Positions 29,701 through 36,506 of a stretch of DNA of 50,500 bases are shown piece after piece; within the stretch, counting starts at the first letter, position 1, and every line of letters starts with the position of its first letter. The notes beneath the pieces are model-generated. The model was not told the DNA's origin, ran no database searches, and saw nothing but the letters and a program-made list of their open reading frames with translations. Origin of the DNA: a virus. Lineage: Duplodnaviria; Caudoviricetes. The stretch lies in the IMG/VR virus record IMGVR_UViG_3300020202_000093, positions 1-50,500 of that record; one strand, 5' to 3'. A program made the position numbers and the translations under genes.

Positions 29701-30687
29701 TCAGTGCACCGCGATCCGGTCCAACGGGCTCAGCGTGCCGATGCCTGGCCGCTGCATCACGTGCGTGTAAATCTGTGTCGTGCTCACGTCGGCGTGGCCG
29801 AGCAGCTCCTGCACGGTGCGGATATCGGCACCGGATTCGAGCAGGTGCGTAGCGAAGCAATGGCGTAGAGAATGCGGCGTTACTCGCTTCTCGATGCCGA
29901 CGTATCGCGCTGCGTCGCGTAGAGCGCGCTGGACTGGCCTAGCATCGAGATGATGCCGACGGACGCCGCTGCCGTCTGGGATGCGCTGATATGTCCGCGT
30001 GGCGAACAGCCATTGCCACGGCCATTCATATCGAGCGCGTGGATATTTCCGTGCGATTGCATCGGGCAGTTCAACGTCGACCATGCCGCGCTCGATGTCC
30101 AACTTGTGCAGATGTCGTCTGAAGTCGAGCTGCAGGCGCAACGCGTGCTTGGTCGACTCGGGCAAGCAAGTGATCCGGTCCTTGCCGCCCTTCCCTTGGC
30201 GCACGGTGATGATGTTCCGCTGCATGTCCACGTCTCCGACGCGCAGCCTCAAGCACTCCATCACGCGCATCCCCGTTCCGTAGAGCAGCCGGCAGATTAG
30301 GCCAGGGGTGCCGGCGATGTGCGACAGCAACGCCTGTGTCTCCTGCACGGACAGCACGGTCGGAAGGTACTGGCGCGGCTTTGCGCGGGTGATGTTATCG
30401 AGCCAGGGTAGGGCGACCCCGAGCACTTCACGGTATAGGAACAGCAGCGCGGCGAGCGCCTGGTTCTGCGTGCTCGGCGATACGTGCTGATTGACTGCGA
30501 GGTGCGACAAGAAAGCCTCTACCTCTTCAGCCGCCATATCACGAGGCGGCCGTCCGCCGTGGAAGCGGACGAACTGCACGGTCCATGCCCAGTATGTTCG
30601 CTCCGTTGAGCGAGCATAGTGTTTGGCTCTGATGCGATCGAGGAACACACTGTGCAGTGTGACCTTTGTCGTGATATTGGCGGCCAT
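29701..30687 (-). CDS. intI: Integron integrase (IntI-family tyrosine recombinase)
   Basis: VSPSTQNQALAALLFLY, LYGTGMR..E, RQGKGGKDR, the integron-specific insertion VELPDAIARKYP...WQWLF...RRHH, HSLRHCFATHLLE.G.DIRTVQELLGH and TTQIYTH; catalytic R-K-H-R-H-Y all present. Confidence 0.95.
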   Translation of the reverse strand: MAANITTKVTLHSVFLDRIRAKHYARSTERTYWAWTVQFVRFHGGRPPRDMAAEEVEAFLSHLAVNQHVSPSTQNQALAALLFLYREVLGVALPWLDNITRAKPRQYLPTVLSVQETQALLSHIAGTPGLICRLLYGTGMRVMECLRLRVGDVDMQRNIITVRQGKGGKDRITCLPESTKHALRLQLDFRRHLHKLDIERGMVDVELPDAIARKYPRARYEWPWQWLFATRTYQRIPDGSGVRRHHLDARPVQRALRDAARYVGIEKRVTPHSLRHCFATHLLESGADIRTVQELLGHADVSTTQIYTHVMQRPGIGTLSPLDRIAVH

Positions 30688-30699
30688 GTCTGGCTACTC

Positions 30700-30761
30700 A
30701 ATGAGTTACGGATCAGTCCGGTTCGTTATGCGGCGAACCCGCCGCAGAATTGGCGTTATCC
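30700..30761 (+). other. attI-like site; crossover G|TT at 30755/30756 (GTTATCC)
   Basis: GTTATCC is the exact complement of attC1 R'' (GGATAAC); no attC-type palindrome upstream; 68 bp from the intI start; GTTAY repeats at 30705 and 30725. Confidence 0.75.
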
Positions 30762-31081
30762 GACCGGCCGATCGCCTTCGCGATGGCGTTTCGAGCGGCA
30801 ATGACTTCTTGCTGCGATTCCTTCTCCTCGTCACTGAGGAAGCTCGTATAGCCGTAGCCGTCAAGTAGTGCGACGAGCGCTGCCAGCAGATCGGGCGCAG
30901 CCGAAATTAGACGTGCGTCGCCAAGCACCTCTGCATCAGCGCCTCGCGATGCACGGAAAACCTCTCGGCCGCATGGCGCGTCAACCGTTATCTCCCGCGC
31001 CATTACATGGACTTTCCACGGCCCGGGCGTATGCCGGATAACTATGGCTTCGAGCGGCGACTGTTTCGTATCTGCGTTCAT
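30713..31081 (-). CDS. Cassette 1 ORF: phage HTPGPW-type hypothetical protein
   Basis: HTPGPW...DARLISAAPDLLAAL...ARNAIAKA; starts in the attC1 loop and stops in attI. Confidence 0.8.
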   Translation of the reverse strand: MNADTKQSPLEAIVIRHTPGPWKVHVMAREITVDAPCGREVFRASRGADAEVLGDARLISAAPDLLAALVALLDGYGYTSFLSDEEKESQQEVIAARNAIAKAIGRSDNANSAAGSPHNEPD

Positions 31082-31123
31082 GGTTGATCCTTCGCGGCGT
31101 CGCCGCTCAAGCCGGCGTTGTAT
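31036..31123 (+). other. attC1 (88 bp)
   Basis: GGATAAC-tatgg-CTTCGAGC...GCTCAAG-ccggc-GTTGTAT. Confidence 0.85.
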
Positions 31124-31401
31124 TGCAATCCGAGCGCCTTCGCGGCCTTGGCCTCATGGTGCCGGCAGTGCAGCAATGCCTCGTCATGGAACCCATGCTC
31201 AATTGCATCTGCGGTTAGGCTCAGCCCGCCGAGCAGACACAGAAGCTCGGAGCGTAGTCGCACAATCTCAGCGCGGCACTCGCTCGGATTGGTTGGCAGC
31301 GACCGTAAGCAGTCGTAACACATGGTCTCGCCGTTCATGAACGTCGGCATGTGCCCCGTCGCCTCACAGTAATCGCACTTTTTAATCGGTGGTTCGCGCA
31401 T
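31078..31401 (-). CDS. Cassette 2 ORF: zinc-finger-like hypothetical protein
   Basis: CDYC...CYDC; SD GAGG; stops in the attC1 loop. Confidence 0.7.
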   Translation of the reverse strand: MREPPIKKCDYCEATGHMPTFMNGETMCYDCLRSLPTNPSECRAEIVRLRSELLCLLGGLSLTADAIEHGFHDEALLHCRHHEAKAAKALGLQYNAGLSGDAAKDQP

Positions 31402-31418
31402 TGGCGCCTCGCGTTGCA

Positions 31419-31508
31419 ATACAACTATGCGTTCAAAAAGGACCGCGCTGGTGTTAGGTCGCTTCGTCCGGTTGCCCCGGCGCGCGGCCTTTTAACGCGG
31501 CGTTATCC
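31419..31508 (+). other. attC2 (90 bp)
   Basis: ATACAAC-tatgc-GTTCAAAA...TTTTAAC-gcggc-GTTATCC. Confidence 0.9.
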
Positions 31509-31789
31509 GGCTCTTCATCCAGCTTGCGGCCTTCCGCTTCCCAGTCCACCAGATGCCACCAGGCGATCTCAAAGCACCGCTGCGGTGTGCGGAACGGAAA
31601 CCCGCGCAGGTTCTCCATGTGTGGCTTGCGACGGCATCGCATCCACGGGGGGCCGTACTCAGGACCATCGCTGTCGTCAAACAGCCCTTCGCAGTTCTCG
31701 CACGTCGCAGGCACTGGGTTTCCCGCATGGTCCAGCGCAAGCGGGATAACTGTGCGTTGAACCGGACCGCTCTTAGGCGTCGATTCCAT
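31454..31789 (-). CDS. Cassette 3 ORF: Cys-containing hypothetical protein
   Basis: CENC...C...NLRGFPF...C; starts in the attC3 loop and stops in attC2. Confidence 0.7.
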   Translation of the reverse strand: MESTPKSGPVQRTVIPLALDHAGNPVPATCENCEGLFDDSDGPEYGPPWMRCRRKPHMENLRGFPFRTPQRCFEIAWWHLVDWEAEGRKLDEEPDNAALKGRAPGQPDEAT

Positions 31790-31831
31790 ACCTAACCCTC
31801 GGTTTCGCGGCCGGTTGACGCAGCGTTATGC
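31744..31831 (+). other. attC3 (88 bp)
   Basis: GGATAAC-tgtgc-GTTGAACC...GGTTGAC-gcagc-GTTATGC. Confidence 0.85.
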
Positions 31832-32103
31832 GTCTTGATCGGTTGAACATCGACCACGCGATAGTTCAGCACGTGGCGCTCATCGACTCCGCAGCAGATA
31901 CATGCAACCACTTCCGCGCCTTCGCTGTGTAGGCTTTGCCTTGCCGGGGTTTGCACTGGCACATCAACCCAACTATTCGAGTGCAGCCGCCCAATTACCT
32001 TGTGCACATACATCTCGTTTGGAACGCCATAGCGCTTTTGTTCAATCAGTGCGTAATCACCAAAGTCCATGTCTTCTCTTTCTTCGTAGTCACCCAACCG
32101 CAT
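31792..32103 (-). CDS. Cassette 4 ORF: hypothetical protein
   Basis: ATG inside R'' of attC4, 2 nt after the upstream TAG; GDYALIEQKRYGVPNEMY.HKVIG. Confidence 0.7.
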   Translation of the reverse strand: MRLGDYEEREDMDFGDYALIEQKRYGVPNEMYVHKVIGRLHSNSWVDVPVQTPARQSLHSEGAEVVACICCGVDERHVLNYRVVDVQPIKTHNAASTGRETEG

Positions 32104-32184
32104 AACTATGCGTTTGACCGACCGCCACTGGCATTCGGCGCGTTGTCTGCGCCGCGCTGGCGGTCGTTCAACGCGGCGTTCGGC
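32100..32184 (+). other. attC4 (85 bp)
   Basis: GCATAAC-tatgc-GTTTGACC...GTTCAAC-gcggc-GTTCGGC. Confidence 0.85.
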
Positions 32185-32405
32185 GCCAATCTCAACTTCC
32201 CCTCGGCCCTCCACATTCGGAGAAGCCGGAGGTCTTCGATTCTGTAGTACCAGCCTCGGTGCTTCCCATGGATAGCGACGACCACTTGATACGTGTCGAC
32301 GATTGCGCGAATGTGAAGTGTGCAGTTGTTTGGATTGCCGGCTGAAAGTCGCAGCCGGTAGGCGCGCCCGACGATAGGGGTGAAGTCGTCAGCGCCCCGT
32401 GCCAT
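32106..32405 (-). CDS. Cassette 5 ORF b: hypothetical protein
   Basis: GNPNN..LHIRAIVD..QVV; reads through attC4. Confidence 0.7.
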   Translation of the reverse strand: MARGADDFTPIVGRAYRLRLSAGNPNNCTLHIRAIVDTYQVVVAIHGKHRGWYYRIEDLRLLRMWRAEGKLRLAPNAALNDRQRGADNAPNASGGRSNA

Positions 32406-32407
32406 GG

Positions 32408-32713
32408 TTAAAACTGCTCGCAGCCGGGCGCCACATGCTCGTTATCGACTGGCGGTTGCGGCGGCGGCGGCAGTTCCAGCCCGATGCCAATACAGCCCTC
32501 CTCCGGGTACTCGGTGGAATAAACGACATAACGGTAGTGAGAAACAGAATCCGGGTCAGTTTCCTCGCCTTCGTTTCTCGCACCTTCCGGCGGGTAGGCG
32601 GCGATGGTGAACTCTGCATCGAGTTCGTCGTCGGTCGGGGTGGTAGCGTCATCGATCATCAGCCCGGCAAAACGGGCCAAGTCGCGGATTTCTGCAACGG
32701 TCAAGGTAAGCAT
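32408..32713 (-). CDS. Cassette 5 ORF a: acidic hypothetical protein
   Basis: SD GAGGA; LTVAEIRDLARFAGL...EYPEEGCIGIG. Confidence 0.75.
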   Translation of the reverse strand: MLTLTVAEIRDLARFAGLMIDDATTPTDDELDAEFTIAAYPPEGARNEGEETDPDSVSHYRYVVYSTEYPEEGCIGIGLELPPPPQPPVDNEHVAPGCEQF

Positions 32714-32749
32714 TATTTATTCCTCATGGCTTTGGTCTGTCGTGTTGGC

Positions 32750-32836
32750 GCCGAACTATGCGTTTAACCGGACGCCGGAAAAGTATCTGGCTTCGAGCCA
32801 GCGTCCGGGCCGGCGCCGGTTAACGCGGCGTTAGCC
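32750..32836 (+). other. attC5 (87 bp)
   Basis: GCCGAAC-tatgc-GTTTAACC...GGTTAAC-gcggc-GTTAGCC. Confidence 0.9.
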
Positions 32837-33088
32837 ATCAATGGCAGCCAATGCGTCGGCCAGCGTTTTGCGCACAAGGCTCAGCGCCTCAGCCTTCGCT
32901 TCGTCGGCGCCTTTGCTGTTCAGCGGTTTCCCGTCAAAGAACGGGGAAGCGTTCAATACCCAAACGTCCGGCGGGTGGTAAATGTGCCGAGTCACCACCA
33001 CCCGCAACAAGCCGGCTTCTGATTGGTATGTTCTTGGCGTGCGATCAGTCTCGCCCTGCCGTCGGCTCGTGATGTCTTTCCACTGCAT
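32831..33088 (-). CDS. Cassette 6 ORF: hypothetical protein (alternative start 33154 in the attC6 loop)
   Basis: SD GAGGA before MQWKDITS; stop TAA lies within R' of attC5. Confidence 0.75.
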   Translation of the reverse strand: MQWKDITSRRQGETDRTPRTYQSEAGLLRVVVTRHIYHPPDVWVLNASPFFDGKPLNSKGADEAKAEALSLVRKTLADALAAIDG

Positions 33089-33108
33089 GCTACGTTCCTC
33101 GTGTTGAT

Positions 33109-33195
33109 GACTAACTATGCGTTTAACCGGACGCCGGAACGTTGCTCGGCTCATCCGGGCCTTTCTTGCCGGCGCCGGTTGGCGCGGCGTTGTAC
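33109..33195 (+). other. attC6 (87 bp; two mismatches in L')
   Basis: GACTAAC-tatgc-GTTTAACC...GGTTGGC-gcggc-GTTGTAC. Confidence 0.8.
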
Positions 33196-33196
33196 G

Positions 33197-33949
33197 TCAT
33201 AGCATGCTCTCCTGCACCGGCGGGGCTTCAACAGCAGGCAGCGGCAATTCCTGGCGTTGCCGCGCGCCAGTTATGCGTGGCACCGCGATGCCGTTGAAGT
33301 ATTCGGCCTCACGCTCGATGCCAATGAATCGCCGCCCCTCGATGTGCGCAGCTTCGCCTGTTGTCCCGCTTCCCATGAAGCAATCCATAACCATGTCGCC
33401 CGGCTTTGTTGTCAGCCGGATAAGGTGGCGCATAAGGTCTACGGGCTTTTCGGCTGCGTGCTCGGTAGTCTTGTTGTTTCCCGCCATCCACTTGCAGCGG
33501 TAAATGTCGGTTGCGCTCCGATTCTCGATTTTGGCTTTCGGCATGCCGGCGAGAAACACAACTTCGTACGTCGGCCGGAGTTGGCGCGGCCCAGCAGGGC
33601 CGATCCATTCCTTGTCCCATATCAGCAGTGAATCCACAGGCCACTTGATCTTGCTAAAGGCATAAAGCAGCGTAGGTATGCTGCGCCAGTTTCCGAACAC
33701 GCAGGCATACCCTTCTTGCTTCAATGTCCGGCGCGCACGTTTCAGCCACTCTGCGAACCACCATGCGCTATTTCCCATGTCGGCCCAACCGCCGGCCTTC
33801 GCGCTTGCGTCGCCAGTGGAGATTGCGCCTATCATGTATGGCGGGTCGGTTATAACGGCGTCAACGCTCATTGGCGGCAGTTCCGCCATAACGTCAAGGC
33901 AATCGCCGTGCCACAGTTCCGCATTTCCAATGATTACTTTTTCGGCCAT
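33197..33949 (-). CDS. Cassette 7 ORF: orphan N6A/N4C DNA methyltransferase (beta class)
   Basis: GDCLDV, TDPPY, H.AEKPV.L, DCFMGSGTTG and FIGIE motifs. Confidence 0.92.
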   Translation of the reverse strand: MAEKVIIGNAELWHGDCLDVMAELPPMSVDAVITDPPYMIGAISTGDASAKAGGWADMGNSAWWFAEWLKRARRTLKQEGYACVFGNWRSIPTLLYAFSKIKWPVDSLLIWDKEWIGPAGPRQLRPTYEVVFLAGMPKAKIENRSATDIYRCKWMAGNNKTTEHAAEKPVDLMRHLIRLTTKPGDMVMDCFMGSGTTGEAAHIEGRRFIGIEREAEYFNGIAVPRITGARQRQELPLPAVEAPPVQESML

Positions 33950-33960
33950 GTCGTGGTTAC

Positions 33961-34053
33961 GTACAACTATGCGTTCAAGCCGACCCTGCGGAGTCAGCGG
34001 TGTCGTTCTGCCCGTTCGTGGCCGCCGCAGGGCGGCTTAACGCGGCGTTAGCG
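33961..34053 (+). other. attC7 (93 bp, the most canonical site)
   Basis: GTACAAC-tatgc-GTTCAAGC-cgaccctgcgg...ccgcagggcg-GCTTAAC-gcggc-GTTAGCG. Confidence 0.93.
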
Positions 34054-34326
34054 GGCATTGATTGCGTTGCCGCAAGTGTTGGCGGCGACGGCTTTAGCGT
34101 GGAAATGGTCGCCATCTCGCTTCATTGTCCGCGCATACTCGACCGCCTTCTCAAAGCACACCTTCGCGCACGCCTCGCGCTCGGCCTTCACCTGCCGGGC
34201 AACTTCGGCGTGGATCGCAGCAAGCGTTCGCTGCGCTAATCCGTCTTCGGTGTCATGGGATCGCCCTTCCTCGCCCTCTGCGTAGGCGGCATCCCAGTAG
34301 GTGCTTAGTAGTTCATCAAGCGTCAT
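34048..34326 (-). CDS. Cassette 8 ORF: phage AEREAC-type hypothetical protein
   Basis: YWDAAYAEG, AEREACAKVC...CGNAINAR; SD GAGGG overlaps R'' of attC8. Confidence 0.75.
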   Translation of the reverse strand: MTLDELLSTYWDAAYAEGEEGRSHDTEDGLAQRTLAAIHAEVARQVKAEREACAKVCFEKAVEYARTMKRDGDHFHAKAVAANTCGNAINAR

Positions 34327-34335
34327 TGCATCGCC

Positions 34336-34423
34336 CTCTAACTATGCGTTCGACCCGCCCCGACCATCCGGCGCAGCATCGTCTTTGGCCTCGCCCTCGG
34401 GGCGGTTCAACGCGGCGTTGAGC
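34336..34423 (+). other. attC8 (88 bp)
   Basis: CTCTAAC-tatgc-GTTCGACC...GTTCAAC-gcggc-GTTGAGC. Confidence 0.85.
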
Positions 34424-34424
34424 G

Positions 34425-34757
34425 TCATCGGCAAGCGTCCTGCATATTCAGGAAGCGAATAAGCCCGCCCCTATCAGTGGGAACGTCTATCCGTTCTATG
34501 CCGCTCGGCTCTTTGTATCGCTCAGGGTCTGACGCCAGGTATTCACGAAGCTTTCTTGCAGCGTCACGGCGGCTCGAAAAATATTCGATGAGCCGCCCAT
34601 CCACCATTGAGCCTTCGTCAATGCACCAGATTCGCCATAACTTCATGTCGATGTCCTCGCAGTGACGCCCAACAAGCCGTTTAAGCGGGCTGCCTGTATG
34701 CGTTTCGCGCAGCCGACCAACTATGGGTTTGAGCGGCTTCTGTTGTGCCTTGCTCAT
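34425..34757 (-). CDS. Cassette 9 ORF: hypothetical protein (internal start 34646 with SD GAGGA likely)
   Basis: MKLWRIW...VPTDRGGLIRFLN; the N-terminal extension is encoded by two attC left arms. Confidence 0.7.
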   Translation of the reverse strand: MSKAQQKPLKPIVGRLRETHTGSPLKRLVGRHCEDIDMKLWRIWCIDEGSMVDGRLIEYFSSRRDAARKLREYLASDPERYKEPSGIERIDVPTDRGGLIRFLNMQDACR

Positions 34758-34796
34758 GCTTGCTTCTCCGTGTCGCCGATCAAGCCAGCGTCAATG
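34667..34796 (+). other. Truncated attC9 (left arm only) fused to degenerate attC10 (34715-34796, R' = GTC)
   Basis: GCCCAAC-aagcc-GTTTAAGC, then GACCAAC-tatgg-GTTTGAGC...GATCAAG-ccagc-GTCAATG. Confidence 0.65.
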
Positions 34797-34972
34797 GCCG
34801 TTCCTGATGCAACGTCAACAATTAAGCGAAGGCGATTGCGATGTGTCTGAGCTTCTGTCCGGAGCCGGATAATCTCGTCGGCAGCTATCCTCAGCTGAGT
34901 TCGCAGGGCCTCCTTCCTCGGTTGCTTGATCCGCCTGGGCAACTTCGGGAACAGATCGGATCCGCGGCTCAC
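34754..34972 (-). CDS. Hypothetical early protein; C-terminus lies in degenerate attC10
   Basis: Coupled at both ends; ends IDAGLIGDTEKQA. Confidence 0.6.
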   Translation of the reverse strand: MSRGSDLFPKLPRRIKQPRKEALRTQLRIAADEIIRLRTEAQTHRNRLRLIVDVASGTAIDAGLIGDTEKQA

Positions 34973-35229
34973 GCATCAACTCCGAGATAGCGCAGATCAA
35001 TCTCATCGACCTTGTTGCGCAGCATGTTCCGTGCTCCGCGAACTACCCTAGCGATCGTTAGTCGACTCTCAAAATCGGAGAACGTCGCGAGGCCGAGATT
35101 GACCTTTCCGGTCAAGTCTCGACGGAACAGGCGATAGACCAGAATGCGTCGGTCTGGATCGAAGAGGCGCCCCCAACTGAATCGGCTCGACTTGCCCGGC
35201 TGGCGCGGGATGAGTTGTCGGTTACGCAT
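34969..35229 (-). CDS. Hypothetical early protein
   Basis: MRNRQLIPRQPG..SRFSWGR; coupled. Confidence 0.6.
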   Translation of the reverse strand: MRNRQLIPRQPGKSSRFSWGRLFDPDRRILVYRLFRRDLTGKVNLGLATFSDFESRLTIARVVRGARNMLRNKVDEIDLRYLGVDA

Positions 35230-35380
35230 TCGCGAAATCCATCTCTGCAATCGGTGTATTGAAGAGGTCTGGCGTGTAGGGGGTGCGCTGTTGCGGATCT
35301 GGCGGAGCGAGTCCGCACTTGTCAGGTGTGTCGCACTCAATCTTCCCTGCACAGATGAAGCAGTCGCCAGTCAGGTTCAT
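35222..35380 (-). CDS. Small Cys-rich hypothetical protein
   Basis: CFICAGKIECDTPDKC; ATGA-coupled. Confidence 0.45.
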   Translation of the reverse strand: MNLTGDCFICAGKIECDTPDKCGLAPPDPQQRTPYTPDLFNTPIAEMDFANA

Positions 35381-35868
35381 GCGGTCGCTCGTATGGTTGG
35401 ACGCGCTTGATAGGTGCGCGGACGATGGGACGGGGGTTCGCACAGTTCTGCCCACGTGCGTCGCCCATAAAAGCGGAGGCGGCCTTCCAGCGTGGAGTCC
35501 TTTACGCTCGCGGGGACTCGGCTGCGGATCTGGGTGAACGTCATCAGCTCACCATCGATTTCGTAGACCGTGGTCTTGCGTGGGACCGTGAGTCCTTCAG
35601 CTTCGATCCAGCTGCGCACTGTTCTCCGCGGGATGCCGAGTGCGGTGCTGACCTCCGACAGTGACGCGCCGGAGACGAAGCGCTGGATAGCGCGATCGCG
35701 GCATTGATCCGGCCATCCCTTGCGATGTGGCGCCAGCTTCACGCGCGCTCGCGCTGCTGCGCGGCGGACAGAATCAACGCTGCGGCCCGTCTTGCGAGCG
35801 ATCTGCGCAGCGGTCAGGTCTGGTCTGAGCAATGCCACCTCGGTGGTCTTCCAATGCCGCATGTTCAT
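35377..35868 (-). CDS. Multi-HTH DNA-binding protein
   Basis: TAAQIARKTGRSVDSV and SLSEVSTALGIPRRTVRSW. Confidence 0.7.
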   Translation of the reverse strand: MNMRHWKTTEVALLRPDLTAAQIARKTGRSVDSVRRAAARARVKLAPHRKGWPDQCRDRAIQRFVSGASLSEVSTALGIPRRTVRSWIEAEGLTVPRKTTVYEIDGELMTFTQIRSRVPASVKDSTLEGRLRFYGRRTWAELCEPPSHRPRTYQARPTIRATA

Positions 35869-36503
35869 GCCGGCACCTCGAACCGTTCCGGCAAGTGTTG
35901 CTGAGCGAAGCGGTAGAAATCCGCTGCCAGCACCGCGCAGTCGTCGGCGAGCCCTGGATAGCGGTGCTGTTCCAGCCGATGCCCGCCGTGAACGACATAG
36001 TGCGATTCGTCGGCGCTAGCGTTGATGTCGCGAAGCATCGTGTCAGATGCTTCTCGCACTTCGAAAACGTTCCAGCGGAATCGATCGGCTTGGAAGAGTT
36101 CTAGGTACAGGCGCCACTGGTAGCCGGCGAAGTAGCCTTCGGCGTCCATCTGCGCAGTCGTCTTGTGATCGTCGATGCGGCGGCCTAGGATGCTGTCGAC
36201 TTGGCCGCTGACACTCAGGCATCCGCCATCGACTATGTATGCCTTGCTGGCTCGGAGTTCTCGGATCAGTGGCAGTTCGAGTTCAATGTCGGCTTGCACA
36301 TGGAACACGAAGCCATTGGCGCGCAGCGTGTCGAACTCGCCAGGCTCGGCCAGTTCAAGCGCGCGATGGAACGCAGTGCCAGCGGCCATGTGCTCGCTCG
36401 GCCGTTCCTGCCCGCGCAGGTGTGCGAGCAGGGCGTCGAGACTGGCGTCGTCATCCTCTCGCCAGCGGCGGAAGGACTCCAGTTCCGAGACGCGCGCAAG
36501 CAT
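35865..36503 (-). CDS. PD-(D/E)XK-like exonuclease (partner of Sak4)
   Basis: AGTAFHRALE, SGQVD...IDDHKTT and YQWRLYL; downstream of the AAA_24 ATPase. Confidence 0.7.
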   Translation of the reverse strand: MLARVSELESFRRWREDDDASLDALLAHLRGQERPSEHMAAGTAFHRALELAEPGEFDTLRANGFVFHVQADIELELPLIRELRASKAYIVDGGCLSVSGQVDSILGRRIDDHKTTAQMDAEGYFAGYQWRLYLELFQADRFRWNVFEVREASDTMLRDINASADESHYVVHGGHRLEQHRYPGLADDCAVLAADFYRFAQQHLPERFEVPA

Positions 36504-36506
36504 GGC

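Larger units (their letters stand above)
29701..34796. mobile_element. Phage-borne integron: intI, attI and an array of nine inverted gene cassettes
   Basis: IntI plus eight intact attC sites; each cassette's R'' is complementary to the R' at its own left boundary. Confidence 0.92.

Noticed and set aside
29701-30687. Tyrosine recombinase as the prophage integrase or XerC/D
   Set aside because: It has the IntI-specific insertion and adjacent attI/attC sites, and a serine integrase with a plausible attP is already present.
30755-34796. Repeat array read as CRISPR or REP elements
   Set aside because: The units are 85-93 bp imperfect palindromes with variable cores, separated by gene-sized inserts and adjacent to intI; there are no cas genes.
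31118-34850. Plus-strand ORFs as the true, canonically oriented cassette genes
   Set aside because: They do not fit cassette boundaries, lack SDs and look like shadow frames; the minus-strand ORFs have motifs, SDs and coupling.
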